A stretch of DNA of 64,000 bases, taken from positions 140,150 through 204,149 of the forward strand of contig JAPLZC010000010.1 in the NCBI GenBank assembly GCA_026395215.1. The letters are read 5' to 3'. The translations under genes and the position numbers were made by a program. The stretch comes from Candidatus Staskawiczbacteria bacterium. GTDB lineage: Bacteria; Patescibacteriota; Minisyncoccia; Minisyncoccales; Staskawiczbacteraceae. Positions 37,185 through 47,092 of the stretch are shown here, piece by piece. Each line of letters opens with the position of its first letter. Positions within the stretch are counted from its first letter, which is position 1. The notes beneath the pieces were generated by a model, which was not told the DNA's origin, did no database searches, and was given only the letters and a program-made list of their open reading frames with translations.

Positions 37185-37213
37185 ATTATACACCTAAATA
37201 GCACCTTTGTCAA
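37185..37213 (-). promoter_or_regulatory. Perfect consensus sigma-70 promoter of the DGR target gene
   Basis: TTGACA-17 nt-TATAAT. Confidence 0.85.
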
Positions 37214-37216
37214 TGG

Positions 37217-37245
37217 TTGAAAAACATCAGTTTCCCCGCTATAAT
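37217..37245 (+). promoter_or_regulatory. Divergent promoter for mfd
   Basis: TTGAAA-17 nt-TATAAT, ending 12 nt before the ATG. Confidence 0.7.
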
Positions 37246-37257
37246 TACGCAATGTGA

Positions 37258-39252
37258 ATGGATAAAACTGCTAAAGAATTAACCCAACTTTTAATTGTCG
37301 GCATTACCCCCTATTTTTTAGATAAGGAGGTTTTTTGGTTTGAGGAGAATCTACAACAAGTGTTAGATGCCAGGCATACTCAAAACTTTTTTGAAGATAA
37401 TATAGTTTTTTTGGAAAAAGACCATAGTTTCCAGTTTTCACAATTTTTGAGGAAGCTTGATGAAATGGGTTATGAAAGGGTTTTTAAGGTTTCAGAACCT
37501 GGTGAATTTTCCCAACGCGGAGGAATTATTGATGTCTTCCCTATCAACTGTCTTCAAGCTGCGCGAATTGATTTTCTTGGAAATGAAGTAGATAATATTC
37601 AGTTGTTAGATGATAAAAAATTCTATCCTGCAAAACTTTCGGAAGAAGAGTTTAAAAAAACAAGGGAGGTTATAAAAAAGAAACTGAAATCGCAGAAACT
37701 GTTTTCGGAGCTAAAAGGATTGAAGGCGGGAGACTATCTTGTGCACCTTGATCATGGAATTGGAAAATTTATTGGCATAGAAAAGTTTGAGACTACTGTT
37801 GGAGAGTTTCAAGAATACTATGTTCTGCAATATGACAAAGAAGATAAGCTTTATATTCCACTTGGTTTAGAAAGAAAATTATCTAAATATGTTGGTTTCC
37901 AAGACCCAAAAGTTTCCAGACTGGGCTCATCCTTATGGCAAAAAACTAAAAGAATAATAAAAGAAGAAGTTGAGAAATTAGCCAAGGAGCTTTTGCAGTT
38001 ATATGCAAAAAAAGAGATTACAGAAAGAACACCATATATAGAAGATAAAGAATTGGAGTCACAGATTAGAGACAGTTTTCCTTTTCAAGAAACTCCCGAC
38101 CAAATCAAAACAATAGAAGACATAAAAGACGACCTTTCAAAAAACAGGCCAATGGATAGAATTGTGTGCGGAGATGTTGGCTTTGGCAAAACAGAGGTTG
38201 CTATAAGAACAGCTCTGTTAGCTTGTGCAAACAATAGGCAAACTGCATTAATTTGCCCTACTACAATTTTGGCAAATCAGCATTATAATGGGTTCAAAAG
38301 AAGATTTGATAAACTACCGGTTAGAGTTGCCATACTTTCCGGTTTGCAGACAAAACAAGAACAGAAGAAAATAATTGGCGATATAAAAGAAGGCAGGGTA
38401 GATATTGTTATAGGCACCCACCGACTTTTGTCTCGAGACATAGAATTTAAAAATCTACAGCTTTTAATTATTGATGACGAACAAAAATTTGGAGTAAAAC
38501 AAAAAGAAAAATTGCGCCAAATGAAAACCAGTTTAGATGTTTTGAGTTTGTCAGCCACTCCAATCCCCCGCACAATTTATTTGGCATTATCTTCATTAAA
38601 AAGCATAAGTTTAATGCAAACTCCCCCACAAGGAAGACAAGCAATAAAAACAGAAGTTGCCCCTTACGACACAAAATTTGTTAAAAAAATAATCCATGCT
38701 GAACTTAGTAGAAAAGGCCAAATTTACTTCTTGCATAATGTGGTGCAAACAATTGAGACAAAGGCAGCTGAAATAAAGAAACTCTACCCACGGGCAAAAA
38801 TTGGCGTAATCCACGGTAGAATGCCAGAAAAACATTTGCTAGAAATAATGGACAACTTCCAAAAAGAAAAAATAAATGTTTTAATGGCAACTACAATTAT
38901 AGAAAATGGAATCGATTTTCCCAACGTAAACACAATTATAATAGAAGACTCTACAAGATTGGGACTTTCACAAGCACACCAAATAAGAGGAAGAGTTGGC
39001 AGGTCTGGTACAAAAAGTTTTGCATACTTCCTATATAACGACAAAGATATGACCCCGCTGGCTAGAGAAAGGCTGAAAGCATTAGAAGATTCCCAGGAAC
39101 TTGGAGCCGGGTATAGAATTGCAATTAGGGATTTGGAATTGCGTGGAGCGGGAAACATTTTAGGCAAAGAACAATCCGGTGCCATAAATAAAGTAGGACT
39201 AAACCTATATTCTCAGCTTTTGGCAGAAAGTATAGAGAAGTATAAAAGTTAA
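37258..39252 (+). CDS. mfd: Transcription-repair coupling factor (compact Mfd)
   Basis: GEFSQRGGIID, CarD-like VHLDHGIG, GDVGFGKT, DDEQKFG, QIRGRVGRS, DLELRGAG; no C-terminal TRCF domain. Confidence 0.9.
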   Translation: MDKTAKELTQLLIVGITPYFLDKEVFWFEENLQQVLDARHTQNFFEDNIVFLEKDHSFQFSQFLRKLDEMGYERVFKVSEPGEFSQRGGIIDVFPINCLQAARIDFLGNEVDNIQLLDDKKFYPAKLSEEEFKKTREVIKKKLKSQKLFSELKGLKAGDYLVHLDHGIGKFIGIEKFETTVGEFQEYYVLQYDKEDKLYIPLGLERKLSKYVGFQDPKVSRLGSSLWQKTKRIIKEEVEKLAKELLQLYAKKEITERTPYIEDKELESQIRDSFPFQETPDQIKTIEDIKDDLSKNRPMDRIVCGDVGFGKTEVAIRTALLACANNRQTALICPTTILANQHYNGFKRRFDKLPVRVAILSGLQTKQEQKKIIGDIKEGRVDIVIGTHRLLSRDIEFKNLQLLIIDDEQKFGVKQKEKLRQMKTSLDVLSLSATPIPRTIYLALSSLKSISLMQTPPQGRQAIKTEVAPYDTKFVKKIIHAELSRKGQIYFLHNVVQTIETKAAEIKKLYPRAKIGVIHGRMPEKHLLEIMDNFQKEKINVLMATTIIENGIDFPNVNTIIIEDSTRLGLSQAHQIRGRVGRSGTKSFAYFLYNDKDMTPLARERLKALEDSQELGAGYRIAIRDLELRGAGNILGKEQSGAINKVGLNLYSQLLAESIEKYKS

Positions 39253-39353
39253 TCTCCGCCGCCCCGCTTCTCGGGGCGAGCCTCGCCCATTTTTATGGGC
39301 GGGAAGCCATAGAAAAATTTAAATAAAAAAAGAAGTGGTTATTGTCCCACTCC

Positions 39354-39923
39354 CTACGCATTACTTCGTTTCAAATCTTTGAAACTTGCTGGCATAAGAG
39401 TCACCGACTCAATTTCGACAATCGGCTTTTTCTCACCCCTACGCCTGATGGAAAATGGACCGCCAGTGATTGTAAAAAGTCCCAAACGCTCTTTGTAAGC
39501 AACTGTTGGCGGACCTTCAATAATTAGGTAATCATCTGGAAAAGCCGGCCCTCGAAAGTTGCTGGCGCCATAACCCTTCGAAGCCACTTTATTATCTTTG
39601 CCAAGACGAGCTAGCACCTTTGGCTCTCTGGAAATCATAATCCCAAAAAATTGGGCAGCCATGTCGTACCAAATACAACCCGGCGCCAAAAGTACGCCGT
39701 CTATGACGTGACCTCTACAGATTTCACCAATGAAAAATAGTTCCCCTATTGCTTTGTTAACAGATGTGACTGTGTCAACAAAAAATGTGACTGTGTCTAT
39801 AAGATGCCACCAACCTTCGTGAGGAAGAATTGCGTCAACCTCTTGTTTCCCCAAAACTACTTTGGGTTGATTGACGAGAAGTTGGGCTATCCATTCAATA
39901 GGTACTCTAGCAGATTCCTGCAT
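39354..39923 (-). CDS. FabA/FabZ-like hotdog-fold protein (divergent)
   Basis: ILPHEGWWHLID, RGHVIDGVLLAPG, DMAAQ, FRGPAFPDD. Confidence 0.65.
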   Translation of the reverse strand: MQESARVPIEWIAQLLVNQPKVVLGKQEVDAILPHEGWWHLIDTVTFFVDTVTSVNKAIGELFFIGEICRGHVIDGVLLAPGCIWYDMAAQFFGIMISREPKVLARLGKDNKVASKGYGASNFRGPAFPDDYLIIEGPPTVAYKERLGLFTITGGPFSIRRRGEKKPIVEIESVTLMPASFKDLKRSNA

Positions 39924-40071
39924 GGTTTTCTCTCCTTATTAAGTTGTCCAAAGAACCGAAAATACCGTAATTTATAGTAGCATAAATGGGAATGATTTCA
40001 AGAATTTTTGACTTTTGTGCTATTATAAGTGAATATGAATAAAAAAATAAAATTATTAATAGAAAATAAAA

Positions 40072-42099
40072 ATGATTTTACTACTGGTAGAGAGCCCAAC
40101 GAAAGCTAAAACTCTGGGAAAATTTCTCGGCAAAGACTACAGGGTCTTGGCGTCTTTTGGGCATGTTAGGGATTTGCCTAAGAGAGAGCTTGGGGTTGAT
40201 GTGGAACATAATTTTGAACCAAAATATGTGGTTCCCACAAAAGCCAAGAAGGTTATTGCTGAGTTGAAAAAGGAATCTGCAAAAGCAGACCAAACCATAC
40301 TGGCGTCCGACGAAGACCGTGAAGGAGAATCTATCGCCTGGCACTTACAAGAAGCCCTTAAGTTAAAAAACCCTCAGAGAATTGTGTTCCATGAAATTAC
40401 AAAATCTGCAATTGAAAATGCCTTAAAAAATCCAAGACACATTGATATGAATTTGGTTAATGCCCAGCAGGCAAGAAGGGTTTTAGACAGAATTGTGGGC
40501 TACAAACTTTCGCCATTTTTGTGGAAAAAAGTTGCCAAAGGACTTTCGGCCGGCCGAGTTCAATCGGTTGCCTTGAGACTAATTGTTGAGAAAGAAAGAG
40601 AAATTGAAAAATTTGTTGCTGTTGAATATTGGAATCTTGAGACCACACTTAAAAAAAATAATACAGAATTCAAAGCATCTTTAACAAAAAATAACGGCAA
40701 GGTTATAGACAAGCTGGAAATTAAAACCAAAGAAGAAGCTGATAAAATTTTACAAGCATTAAATGGGTCAGATTATGTTGTTGAGTCTGTAGAGAAGAAG
40801 GAAACAAAAAGACATCCTGCTCCCCCATTCACAACCAGTACACTGCAACAAGCAGCTTGGCAAAGATACAAATTTTCAGCAAAAACGACAATGTCTTTGG
40901 CTCAAAGATTATATGAAGAAGGAAATATAACTTACCACAGGACAGACTCGCTAAATCTTTCAGAGGTATCACTAACTGCAGCTAAAGATTTTATTTTTAA
41001 CCAATATGGGCAAAATTATTGGGCTGGCAAAGCTGTAAAATATAAAACAAAGGATGGTTCAGCCCAAGAAGCTCACGAAGCAATTAGGCCGGCTTATGCT
41101 GAAAAAACCCCCGAGTCGCTTGGATTAACCGATGCAAGGCAATTAAAACTTTACACTTTAATCTGGCAAAGGTTTATGGCTTCGCAAATGGCACCCGCTG
41201 TCTTTGACTCGGTTTCATCTGACATACAAGCAAGCAATTTTACATTTAGAGCAACTGGCCAAACAATAAAGTTTGACGGGTTCTTAAAAGTTTACCCAAC
41301 AAAAACCGAGGAAACCATTCTGCCTCCTTTAGAAAAAAACGATAAGCTTAATCTTGTAAAATTAGAAGCCTTACAGCATTTTACAGAGCCACCTGCAAGA
41401 TACACCGAAGCTAGCCTGGTAAAAGCTTTAGAAAAACACGGCATTGGCAGACCATCTACTTACGCCTCTATTATAACCGCTATAACGATTAGAAACTATG
41501 TAGCCGAAAATGACCAAAAAAGACTCTTCCCAAGCGAGATGGGAACAATAGTTAATGACGTGCTTGTAAAAAACTTTCCAGAAATAGTTGATGTAGATTT
41601 TACCGCAAAAATGGAAAAAGAGTTAGATGAAGTGGCAGAAGGCAAAGATACTTGGGAAAAAACATGCAAAGATTTCTATAAACCCTTTGCAAAAAACTTG
41701 GAAGAAAAGTATAAAGAAGTTATAAAGTCTGATTTGACCCAAAAAACAGATAAGGTTTGTCCAAAATGCGGAGCTCCTCTAATTGAAAGGCTCGGCAGAT
41801 TTGGAAGGTTTTACGCCTGTTCAAAGTTCCCTGAATGCAAACATACAGAATCTGTTGAAGGAGATCCAGATACCTTGAATATATCCTGTCCAAAATGCAA
41901 AGAAGGAAAAATTACCGGCAAAAGAACAAAAAAAGGCAAAACATTTTATGGATGTAATCGTTTTCCAAAATGCGATTTTGCTTTATGGGATAAGCCAATA
42001 AATGAACTTTGCCCAAAATGTGATTCACTGCTAATACAAAAAACCAAAACCAAAATAAAATGCTCAAATAAAGAGTGTGATTACACCAAAGAAGATTAA
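40072..42099 (+). CDS. topA: DNA topoisomerase I
   Basis: VESPTKAK, DEDREGE, SAGRVQS, ITYHRTDS, Zn ribbons. Confidence 0.97.
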   Translation: MILLLVESPTKAKTLGKFLGKDYRVLASFGHVRDLPKRELGVDVEHNFEPKYVVPTKAKKVIAELKKESAKADQTILASDEDREGESIAWHLQEALKLKNPQRIVFHEITKSAIENALKNPRHIDMNLVNAQQARRVLDRIVGYKLSPFLWKKVAKGLSAGRVQSVALRLIVEKEREIEKFVAVEYWNLETTLKKNNTEFKASLTKNNGKVIDKLEIKTKEEADKILQALNGSDYVVESVEKKETKRHPAPPFTTSTLQQAAWQRYKFSAKTTMSLAQRLYEEGNITYHRTDSLNLSEVSLTAAKDFIFNQYGQNYWAGKAVKYKTKDGSAQEAHEAIRPAYAEKTPESLGLTDARQLKLYTLIWQRFMASQMAPAVFDSVSSDIQASNFTFRATGQTIKFDGFLKVYPTKTEETILPPLEKNDKLNLVKLEALQHFTEPPARYTEASLVKALEKHGIGRPSTYASIITAITIRNYVAENDQKRLFPSEMGTIVNDVLVKNFPEIVDVDFTAKMEKELDEVAEGKDTWEKTCKDFYKPFAKNLEEKYKEVIKSDLTQKTDKVCPKCGAPLIERLGRFGRFYACSKFPECKHTESVEGDPDTLNISCPKCKEGKITGKRTKKGKTFYGCNRFPKCDFALWDKPINELCPKCDSLLIQKTKTKIKCSNKECDYTKED

Positions 42100-43832
42100 T
42101 GATAAATAATATTCAAAAAATAATAAACAAAAGTTCTGATCCTAAACTGATTGAGAATGCATTTAAGTTTGCAACAGAAGCATATAAGGACAAATTTAGA
42201 GCCTCCGGAGAAAACTGCATTTTACATACAACAAGAGTAGCTTTAATGCTTGATAAAATGGAGCTTGACCCAACAACAATTGCTCTTGGAATTCTTCATG
42301 ATGTATTAGATGATGTCCCGGGTTATGCCAGGAAAATTGAAGCAAAAGAAATTGAAAAAAAATTTGGTGTAGATATAGGGCAGCTGGTAGAAAAAATTGC
42401 GGATCTCAGCAGAATTCAATATTCTCTATCTGTTGGCATGAAAGAGAAAAAGGCACTGACCAGAGAAAAAATTGAAAATTTAAGAAGGATGTTTTTAGCG
42501 CTGTCTGGAGACTTACGGGTGGTTATAGTAGAATTGCTTTCAAGGATGGATGGCTTAAATGAACTGCACTATTTGTCACGAGACAAACAAAAATTATTTT
42601 CAGCAGAAACTTTGCAGGTTTTTGTGCCTATTGCCAGCAGACTTGGTTTGTCAGAACTAAGAAGAAATCTTGAAGACGTTGCTTTCTCATATTTATTGCC
42701 GGAAAAATTTAAGTGGATAAAGGAAAATATTAAAGGACAATATGAGGAGAGAGAAAAATATCTGAAAAAATTTATTCCTCACCTTGAAAAAATCCTCAAA
42801 AAAGAAAGAGTTAAATTTTTGAGTATAAATTACCGGGCAAAATCTTATTGGAGCACTTATCAAAAACTCATAAAACATGGAATGGATTTTGATGAGATTA
42901 ATGATTTGCTTGCATTGAGAATAATCACCGCCGATGTTGAAAGTTGCTACAGAATTCTGGGCATAATGCATAAATACTTCAAACCTATTTCTGAAGAAAT
43001 AAATGACTATATCGCCCACCCAAAACTCAACGGATACAGATCCTTGCACACTACAATTTTTTCTCATGAAGGAAAAATAACCGAGGTACAAATAAGAACA
43101 GAAGAAATGCAGAAGGAAGCTGAATATGGCGTGTGCGCTCACTGGTCTTACAAGGAAAAAATTAACCTTGCAAAAGACAAAGAAAATTTTGAATGGACAA
43201 AAAATATCCCTGAATTTTGGAAAACTTTTAAAATCGACTTTTTCTCTAACAAAGTTTTTACTTTCACCCCAAAGGGAGACGTTATTGTTTTACCCAAAAA
43301 CTCAACTCCTGTTGATTTTGCGTATGCCGTGCATTCAGACATTGGAAACCATTGCGAATCTGCAAAAATAGGAAACAAAATAGTACAGCTTAACCATATT
43401 TTAGAAAATGGGGACATAGTTGAAATATCCACAAATAAAAACAAAACTCCTTCAAAGGACTGGCTTAAATTTGTTCAAACCTCTTTAGCTAAGTCTCACA
43501 TAAATAGGCTAACCGGTCAGGAAAAATCAGGTTTTCGCTTTCCAATGCCAAACTTTATAAGAAAGAAAATTACTGAAATTTCTGAAGCTTCAAAAAAGAA
43601 AAAAGAGCAAAAGGAACTTTTGAAAAAAGAAGGCTCAAAACATATTTATATAGCCGGTCAAAAAGGGATGCTAATTCACATAGCCAAGTGCTGTAATCCC
43701 CAGCCGGGAGACAAAATTATGGCCTATATTGCCCCAAATAGAGCGACTGTTTTACATAAAAGCACCTGCAATGTTTTCAAAGAAATTTACAGAAAATTTC
43801 CAGAAAAAACCATCAACGCCTCCTGGGAATAA
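42099..43832 (+). CDS. RelA/SpoT-family (p)ppGpp synthetase with TGS domain
   Basis: LHD, RAKSYWS, PKLNGYRSLHT, EVQIRT, TPVDFAYAVH, AKCCNP. Confidence 0.92.
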   Translation: MINNIQKIINKSSDPKLIENAFKFATEAYKDKFRASGENCILHTTRVALMLDKMELDPTTIALGILHDVLDDVPGYARKIEAKEIEKKFGVDIGQLVEKIADLSRIQYSLSVGMKEKKALTREKIENLRRMFLALSGDLRVVIVELLSRMDGLNELHYLSRDKQKLFSAETLQVFVPIASRLGLSELRRNLEDVAFSYLLPEKFKWIKENIKGQYEEREKYLKKFIPHLEKILKKERVKFLSINYRAKSYWSTYQKLIKHGMDFDEINDLLALRIITADVESCYRILGIMHKYFKPISEEINDYIAHPKLNGYRSLHTTIFSHEGKITEVQIRTEEMQKEAEYGVCAHWSYKEKINLAKDKENFEWTKNIPEFWKTFKIDFFSNKVFTFTPKGDVIVLPKNSTPVDFAYAVHSDIGNHCESAKIGNKIVQLNHILENGDIVEISTNKNKTPSKDWLKFVQTSLAKSHINRLTGQEKSGFRFPMPNFIRKKITEISEASKKKKEQKELLKKEGSKHIYIAGQKGMLIHIAKCCNPQPGDKIMAYIAPNRATVLHKSTCNVFKEIYRKFPEKTINASWE

Positions 43833-43934
43833 CATGCGAAAAGCGGTATACGAAAAGCCTGCTACGAACAGGCACATACTAATAAAATACTCTTGAAATT
43901 TACGAAAAAATCTGTTAGTATTAAGCAAAATTAA

Positions 43935-44017
43935 GCCGTCGTGGCGGAATGGCATACGCGATAGACTCAAAATCTATTGTCCGCAAGGGCTTGTGGGTTC
44001 AACTCCCACCGACGGCA
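43935..44017 (+). tRNA. tRNA-Leu(CAA)
   Basis: GCCGTCG/CGACGGC acceptor stem, ATAGA-CTCAAAA-TCTAT anticodon arm, long variable arm, GGTTCAACTCC. Confidence 0.95.
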
Positions 44018-44020
44018 CAT

Positions 44021-44049
44021 AAAAAATCCAGGTCTAACCTGGATTTTTC
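44021..44049. terminator. Bidirectional intrinsic terminator
   Basis: aaaaaatccagg-tctaa-cctggattttt between convergent tRNA-Leu and MBL gene. Confidence 0.8.
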
Positions 44050-44051
44050 TT

Positions 44052-44786
44052 TTACAAATTATATTCATCTAGGGGTTCGGGGATAACGATTCTAACTTTA
44101 TCGCTTTTGATTGTTTCTTTAATTTTGGGCAATTCGTTTTTTCTGAAATCTCTGTTCAAATGGGTCAAAGCTAAGCATTTTATATTATTTTCCTCAGAAA
44201 ATTTTATTGCACCAACAACTGATGCGTGGCCAATTTTTCCTTGGTCATATAAATACGTTTCGGCAATAAATAGATCTAAATCTCTGTAAAAATTGCTTCC
44301 TGCTATTGGAGAACCGTCTCCACTGTAGGCATAGCTATTTTTTCCGTCTGTTATTTTAACTGCCAAATTTTGTCCAGAGTGCACAGTTTTCTGAAAAGAC
44401 ATTTTAATGTCCTGAAATTTTACATTACTCCCCTCTTGTACCTCAACTAAATTTATTTTATATTTAAATTTTTTTTGAAAATCTTTGTAGGCAAACTCCA
44501 TATAGTTTCGCAAACCATTAAACCCAAAAATAGTTAGTTTTCTTTTCCTGCCGTCTTCCCACATTCTCATTAAAATAGCTGGCAACCCAAATGAGTGGTC
44601 TGCATGATGATGGCTGATATAAATAGCATCTAAAAAATTTGGATCTGAATTAAATTTCCAAAACTGCTGAGGCACAGAGTACCCGCAATCTAAAAGCAGT
44701 TTTGTTTTTTCTGTAATTACTAAATGCGAATTATTTGGAACATTTTCATCAAACGCTTCGCCTGTCCCTAAAAATATAATTTTCAT
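44052..44786 (-). CDS. RNase Z-like metallo-beta-lactamase hydrolase
   Basis: MKIIFLGTG, LDCG, SHHHADH, YSGD, LTH. Confidence 0.88.
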   Translation of the reverse strand: MKIIFLGTGEAFDENVPNNSHLVITEKTKLLLDCGYSVPQQFWKFNSDPNFLDAIYISHHHADHSFGLPAILMRMWEDGRKRKLTIFGFNGLRNYMEFAYKDFQKKFKYKINLVEVQEGSNVKFQDIKMSFQKTVHSGQNLAVKITDGKNSYAYSGDGSPIAGSNFYRDLDLFIAETYLYDQGKIGHASVVGAIKFSEENNIKCLALTHLNRDFRKNELPKIKETIKSDKVRIVIPEPLDEYNL

Positions 44787-45280
44787 CTTATTAAACCTAA
44801 TATTAAATATAATAATGTTGAGGACAAAAATCCTATAAAGGCTCCGGCTAGAATGTCGCGGAACCAGTGGACTCCGCAGAAAACTCGGGCAACTCCCACA
44901 AAACACGAGCAAACTAGAAAAAACATCGCTATAGGAAAACTGTAAAAAAATAAATATGAAGACACTCCAAAAAGTAATGCGGCATGGCGGGAAGGAAATG
45001 ACGGGTTCTCCGGTACTGGTATTAATATTTTTGTGTTTGGCAGAGTTGCCGGACGTAGTTCCTTATAAAATATATAAATTATTTTATTTAAAACAAAAGC
45101 CGCACAAAGACCTGAAAATAATGAATAAACAAAAACCCCTTTACTATGTAAAATAACGGCAAGACACAACAATAAAACTACCATCAAATAAATCAAATAT
45201 CTTGCGCAGAATATCGCAAAACCGTCTAACAATTTAGATTTCCCTGCAACCTGATTTATGTTTTTAAACACTGAGAACAT
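44783..45280 (-). CDS. PAP2-family phosphatase (undecaprenyl-diphosphatase-like)
   Basis: RP, SFPSRH, ARVFCGVHWFRD. Confidence 0.88.
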   Translation of the reverse strand: MFSVFKNINQVAGKSKLLDGFAIFCARYLIYLMVVLLLCLAVILHSKGVFVYSLFSGLCAAFVLNKIIYIFYKELRPATLPNTKILIPVPENPSFPSRHAALLFGVSSYLFFYSFPIAMFFLVCSCFVGVARVFCGVHWFRDILAGAFIGFLSSTLLYLILGLIR

Positions 45281-46512
45281 TATTTAGGTAGAGGAAACCT
45301 TTTACAAAGCTTTATTACTTCGTTGTGAAGTTTGGCTAAAACCTTTTCATTGGTATGGTTGGTTATGGCCTGATTTATCCAGCTGGAAATTATTTTAACT
45401 TCTTTTTCTTTCATACCACGGGTTGTTATTGCGGGAACTCCAATACGTATACCGCTTGGGTCAAAAGGTTTTCGCGGGTCATCGGGAATCATATTTTTAT
45501 TAACGGTAATACCAATTTTGTCTAAAGCTTTTTCTGCCTCCTTCCCTGTAACTCCTTTACTGGAAAAAACATCAACTAAAACCATATGATTGTCTGTTTT
45601 CCCGAAGGCTAATTTAAACCCATATTTTTTAAGTTCTTGCTCTAAAACTTTTGCATTTTTTATAATTTGCTTAGCATAAACCTTAAACGATGGCTTTAAT
45701 GCCTCGCCCAAAGCCACGGCTAACGCAGCAATATTATTCATATGCGGGCCTCCCTGAAAACCCGGGAAAAGAGCCTTATCTATTGCTTCGGCAAATGGTT
45801 GTTTGCACATTATCATTCCTCCCCTTGGACCGCGTAAAGTTTTGTGGGTTGTGGTTGTGACAATATCAAAATAAGGAACAGGGTTTGGTATGGCTTTTCC
45901 GGCAATAAGCCCAGCAATATGAGCAATATCAAACATTGTTATAGCTCCAACTTTTTTTGCAATATCTTGAAACTTCTGATAATCAAGCTGGCGTGTGTAG
46001 GCGGAAAAGCCGGCCAAAATTAACTTTGGTTTTTCGGCAATTGCCATTTTCTCTAATTCATCATAATCAATTTCTCCCAAAGCATTGGTTTTATACCTTA
46101 CAAATCTATAAATTTTTGCAGCCAAAGTTACGGGATGACCATGGCTCAAGTGCCCTCCATGCGACAAATCCATTCCTAAAACAGTGTCTCCGGGCTTTAA
46201 AATGGCGCTATAAACTATCATATTAGCAGGGCATCCCGAAAGTGGTTGAACATTTACGTGTTCGGCTCCAAAAATCTTTTTTGCTCTCTCAATTGCCAGG
46301 GTTTCAACAACATCTGTATAGGTTTGTCCACCATAATAACGCTTCCCCGGATAACCCTCGGAATATTTGTTTGTAAAAACCGACCCCAGTGCCTCCAAAA
46401 CAGCCGGAGAAACATAATTTTCCGAAGCAATCATTTCCATCCCCTCCTGCTGTCTTTTAGTCTCTCCCACTATTGCCGCATAAACTTTTGAATCTTGATT
46501 TTTGATTTTCAT
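45280..46512 (-). CDS. glyA: Serine hydroxymethyltransferase
   Basis: IASEN, KYSEGYPGKRYYGG, TTTHKTLRGPRGG. Confidence 0.97.
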   Translation of the reverse strand: MKIKNQDSKVYAAIVGETKRQQEGMEMIASENYVSPAVLEALGSVFTNKYSEGYPGKRYYGGQTYTDVVETLAIERAKKIFGAEHVNVQPLSGCPANMIVYSAILKPGDTVLGMDLSHGGHLSHGHPVTLAAKIYRFVRYKTNALGEIDYDELEKMAIAEKPKLILAGFSAYTRQLDYQKFQDIAKKVGAITMFDIAHIAGLIAGKAIPNPVPYFDIVTTTTHKTLRGPRGGMIMCKQPFAEAIDKALFPGFQGGPHMNNIAALAVALGEALKPSFKVYAKQIIKNAKVLEQELKKYGFKLAFGKTDNHMVLVDVFSSKGVTGKEAEKALDKIGITVNKNMIPDDPRKPFDPSGIRIGVPAITTRGMKEKEVKIISSWINQAITNHTNEKVLAKLHNEVIKLCKRFPLPK

Positions 46513-46513
46513 A

Positions 46514-47092
46514 TTATTTTCTTATAATATTAATTTTTTCGTCTGTTAAATCTATTATGACTGAAGGTTTGTTCTTTGGCAAATGGCCAGCATCAATGAC
46601 TAAATCTGGTTTATGTTCTTCACAATCAAAGACTTTTACAATTTCTTTAATATCGTCCATAAACGGCTGGTCAGAAATGTTAACCGAGGTCTGAGCTAAA
46701 GGCCTTTTAAATTTTTTGAATATTTCAGCAATTAAATTATGGTTTGGTTGGCGCAAGGCAATAGTTTTATTTTTATAAACCAGTAAAGACAATCCCTTTT
46801 TACCGTTTAAAACAACCGTTACGGCTCCCGGCCAATTTTCATTTAAAAACTTTTCTTCCCTGCTTTTAACAACTGCGTACTTTTTTGCCATTTTTATATC
46901 TCTAACAAATACTGGCAATGATTTTGATTTGTCTCTCTTTTTTATCTTAAATATTTTTCCAACTGCGCGTTTGTTAGTTGCGTCACAAATAAATCCATAA
47001 ACAGTATCTGTAGGACAGACCAAAACTGCCCCATTTTTCAGAGCAGTAATTATTTCTTTTACATTTTTTTCACCTTTTTGAATTATTTTCAT
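46514..47092 (-). CDS. tsaC: Threonylcarbamoyl-AMP synthase (Sua5/TsaC)
   Basis: PTDTVYG, KKRD, WPGAVT, TSVNIS. Confidence 0.9.
   Translation of the reverse strand: MKIIQKGEKNVKEIITALKNGAVLVCPTDTVYGFICDATNKRAVGKIFKIKKRDKSKSLPVFVRDIKMAKKYAVVKSREEKFLNENWPGAVTVVLNGKKGLSLLVYKNKTIALRQPNHNLIAEIFKKFKRPLAQTSVNISDQPFMDDIKEIVKVFDCEEHKPDLVIDAGHLPKNKPSVIIDLTDEKINIIRK

Larger units (their letters stand above)
34472..37213. mobile_element. Diversity-generating retroelement (RT, Avd, TR, target gene with VR)
   Basis: All canonical components present; TR/VR differences only at TR adenines. Confidence 0.95.
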
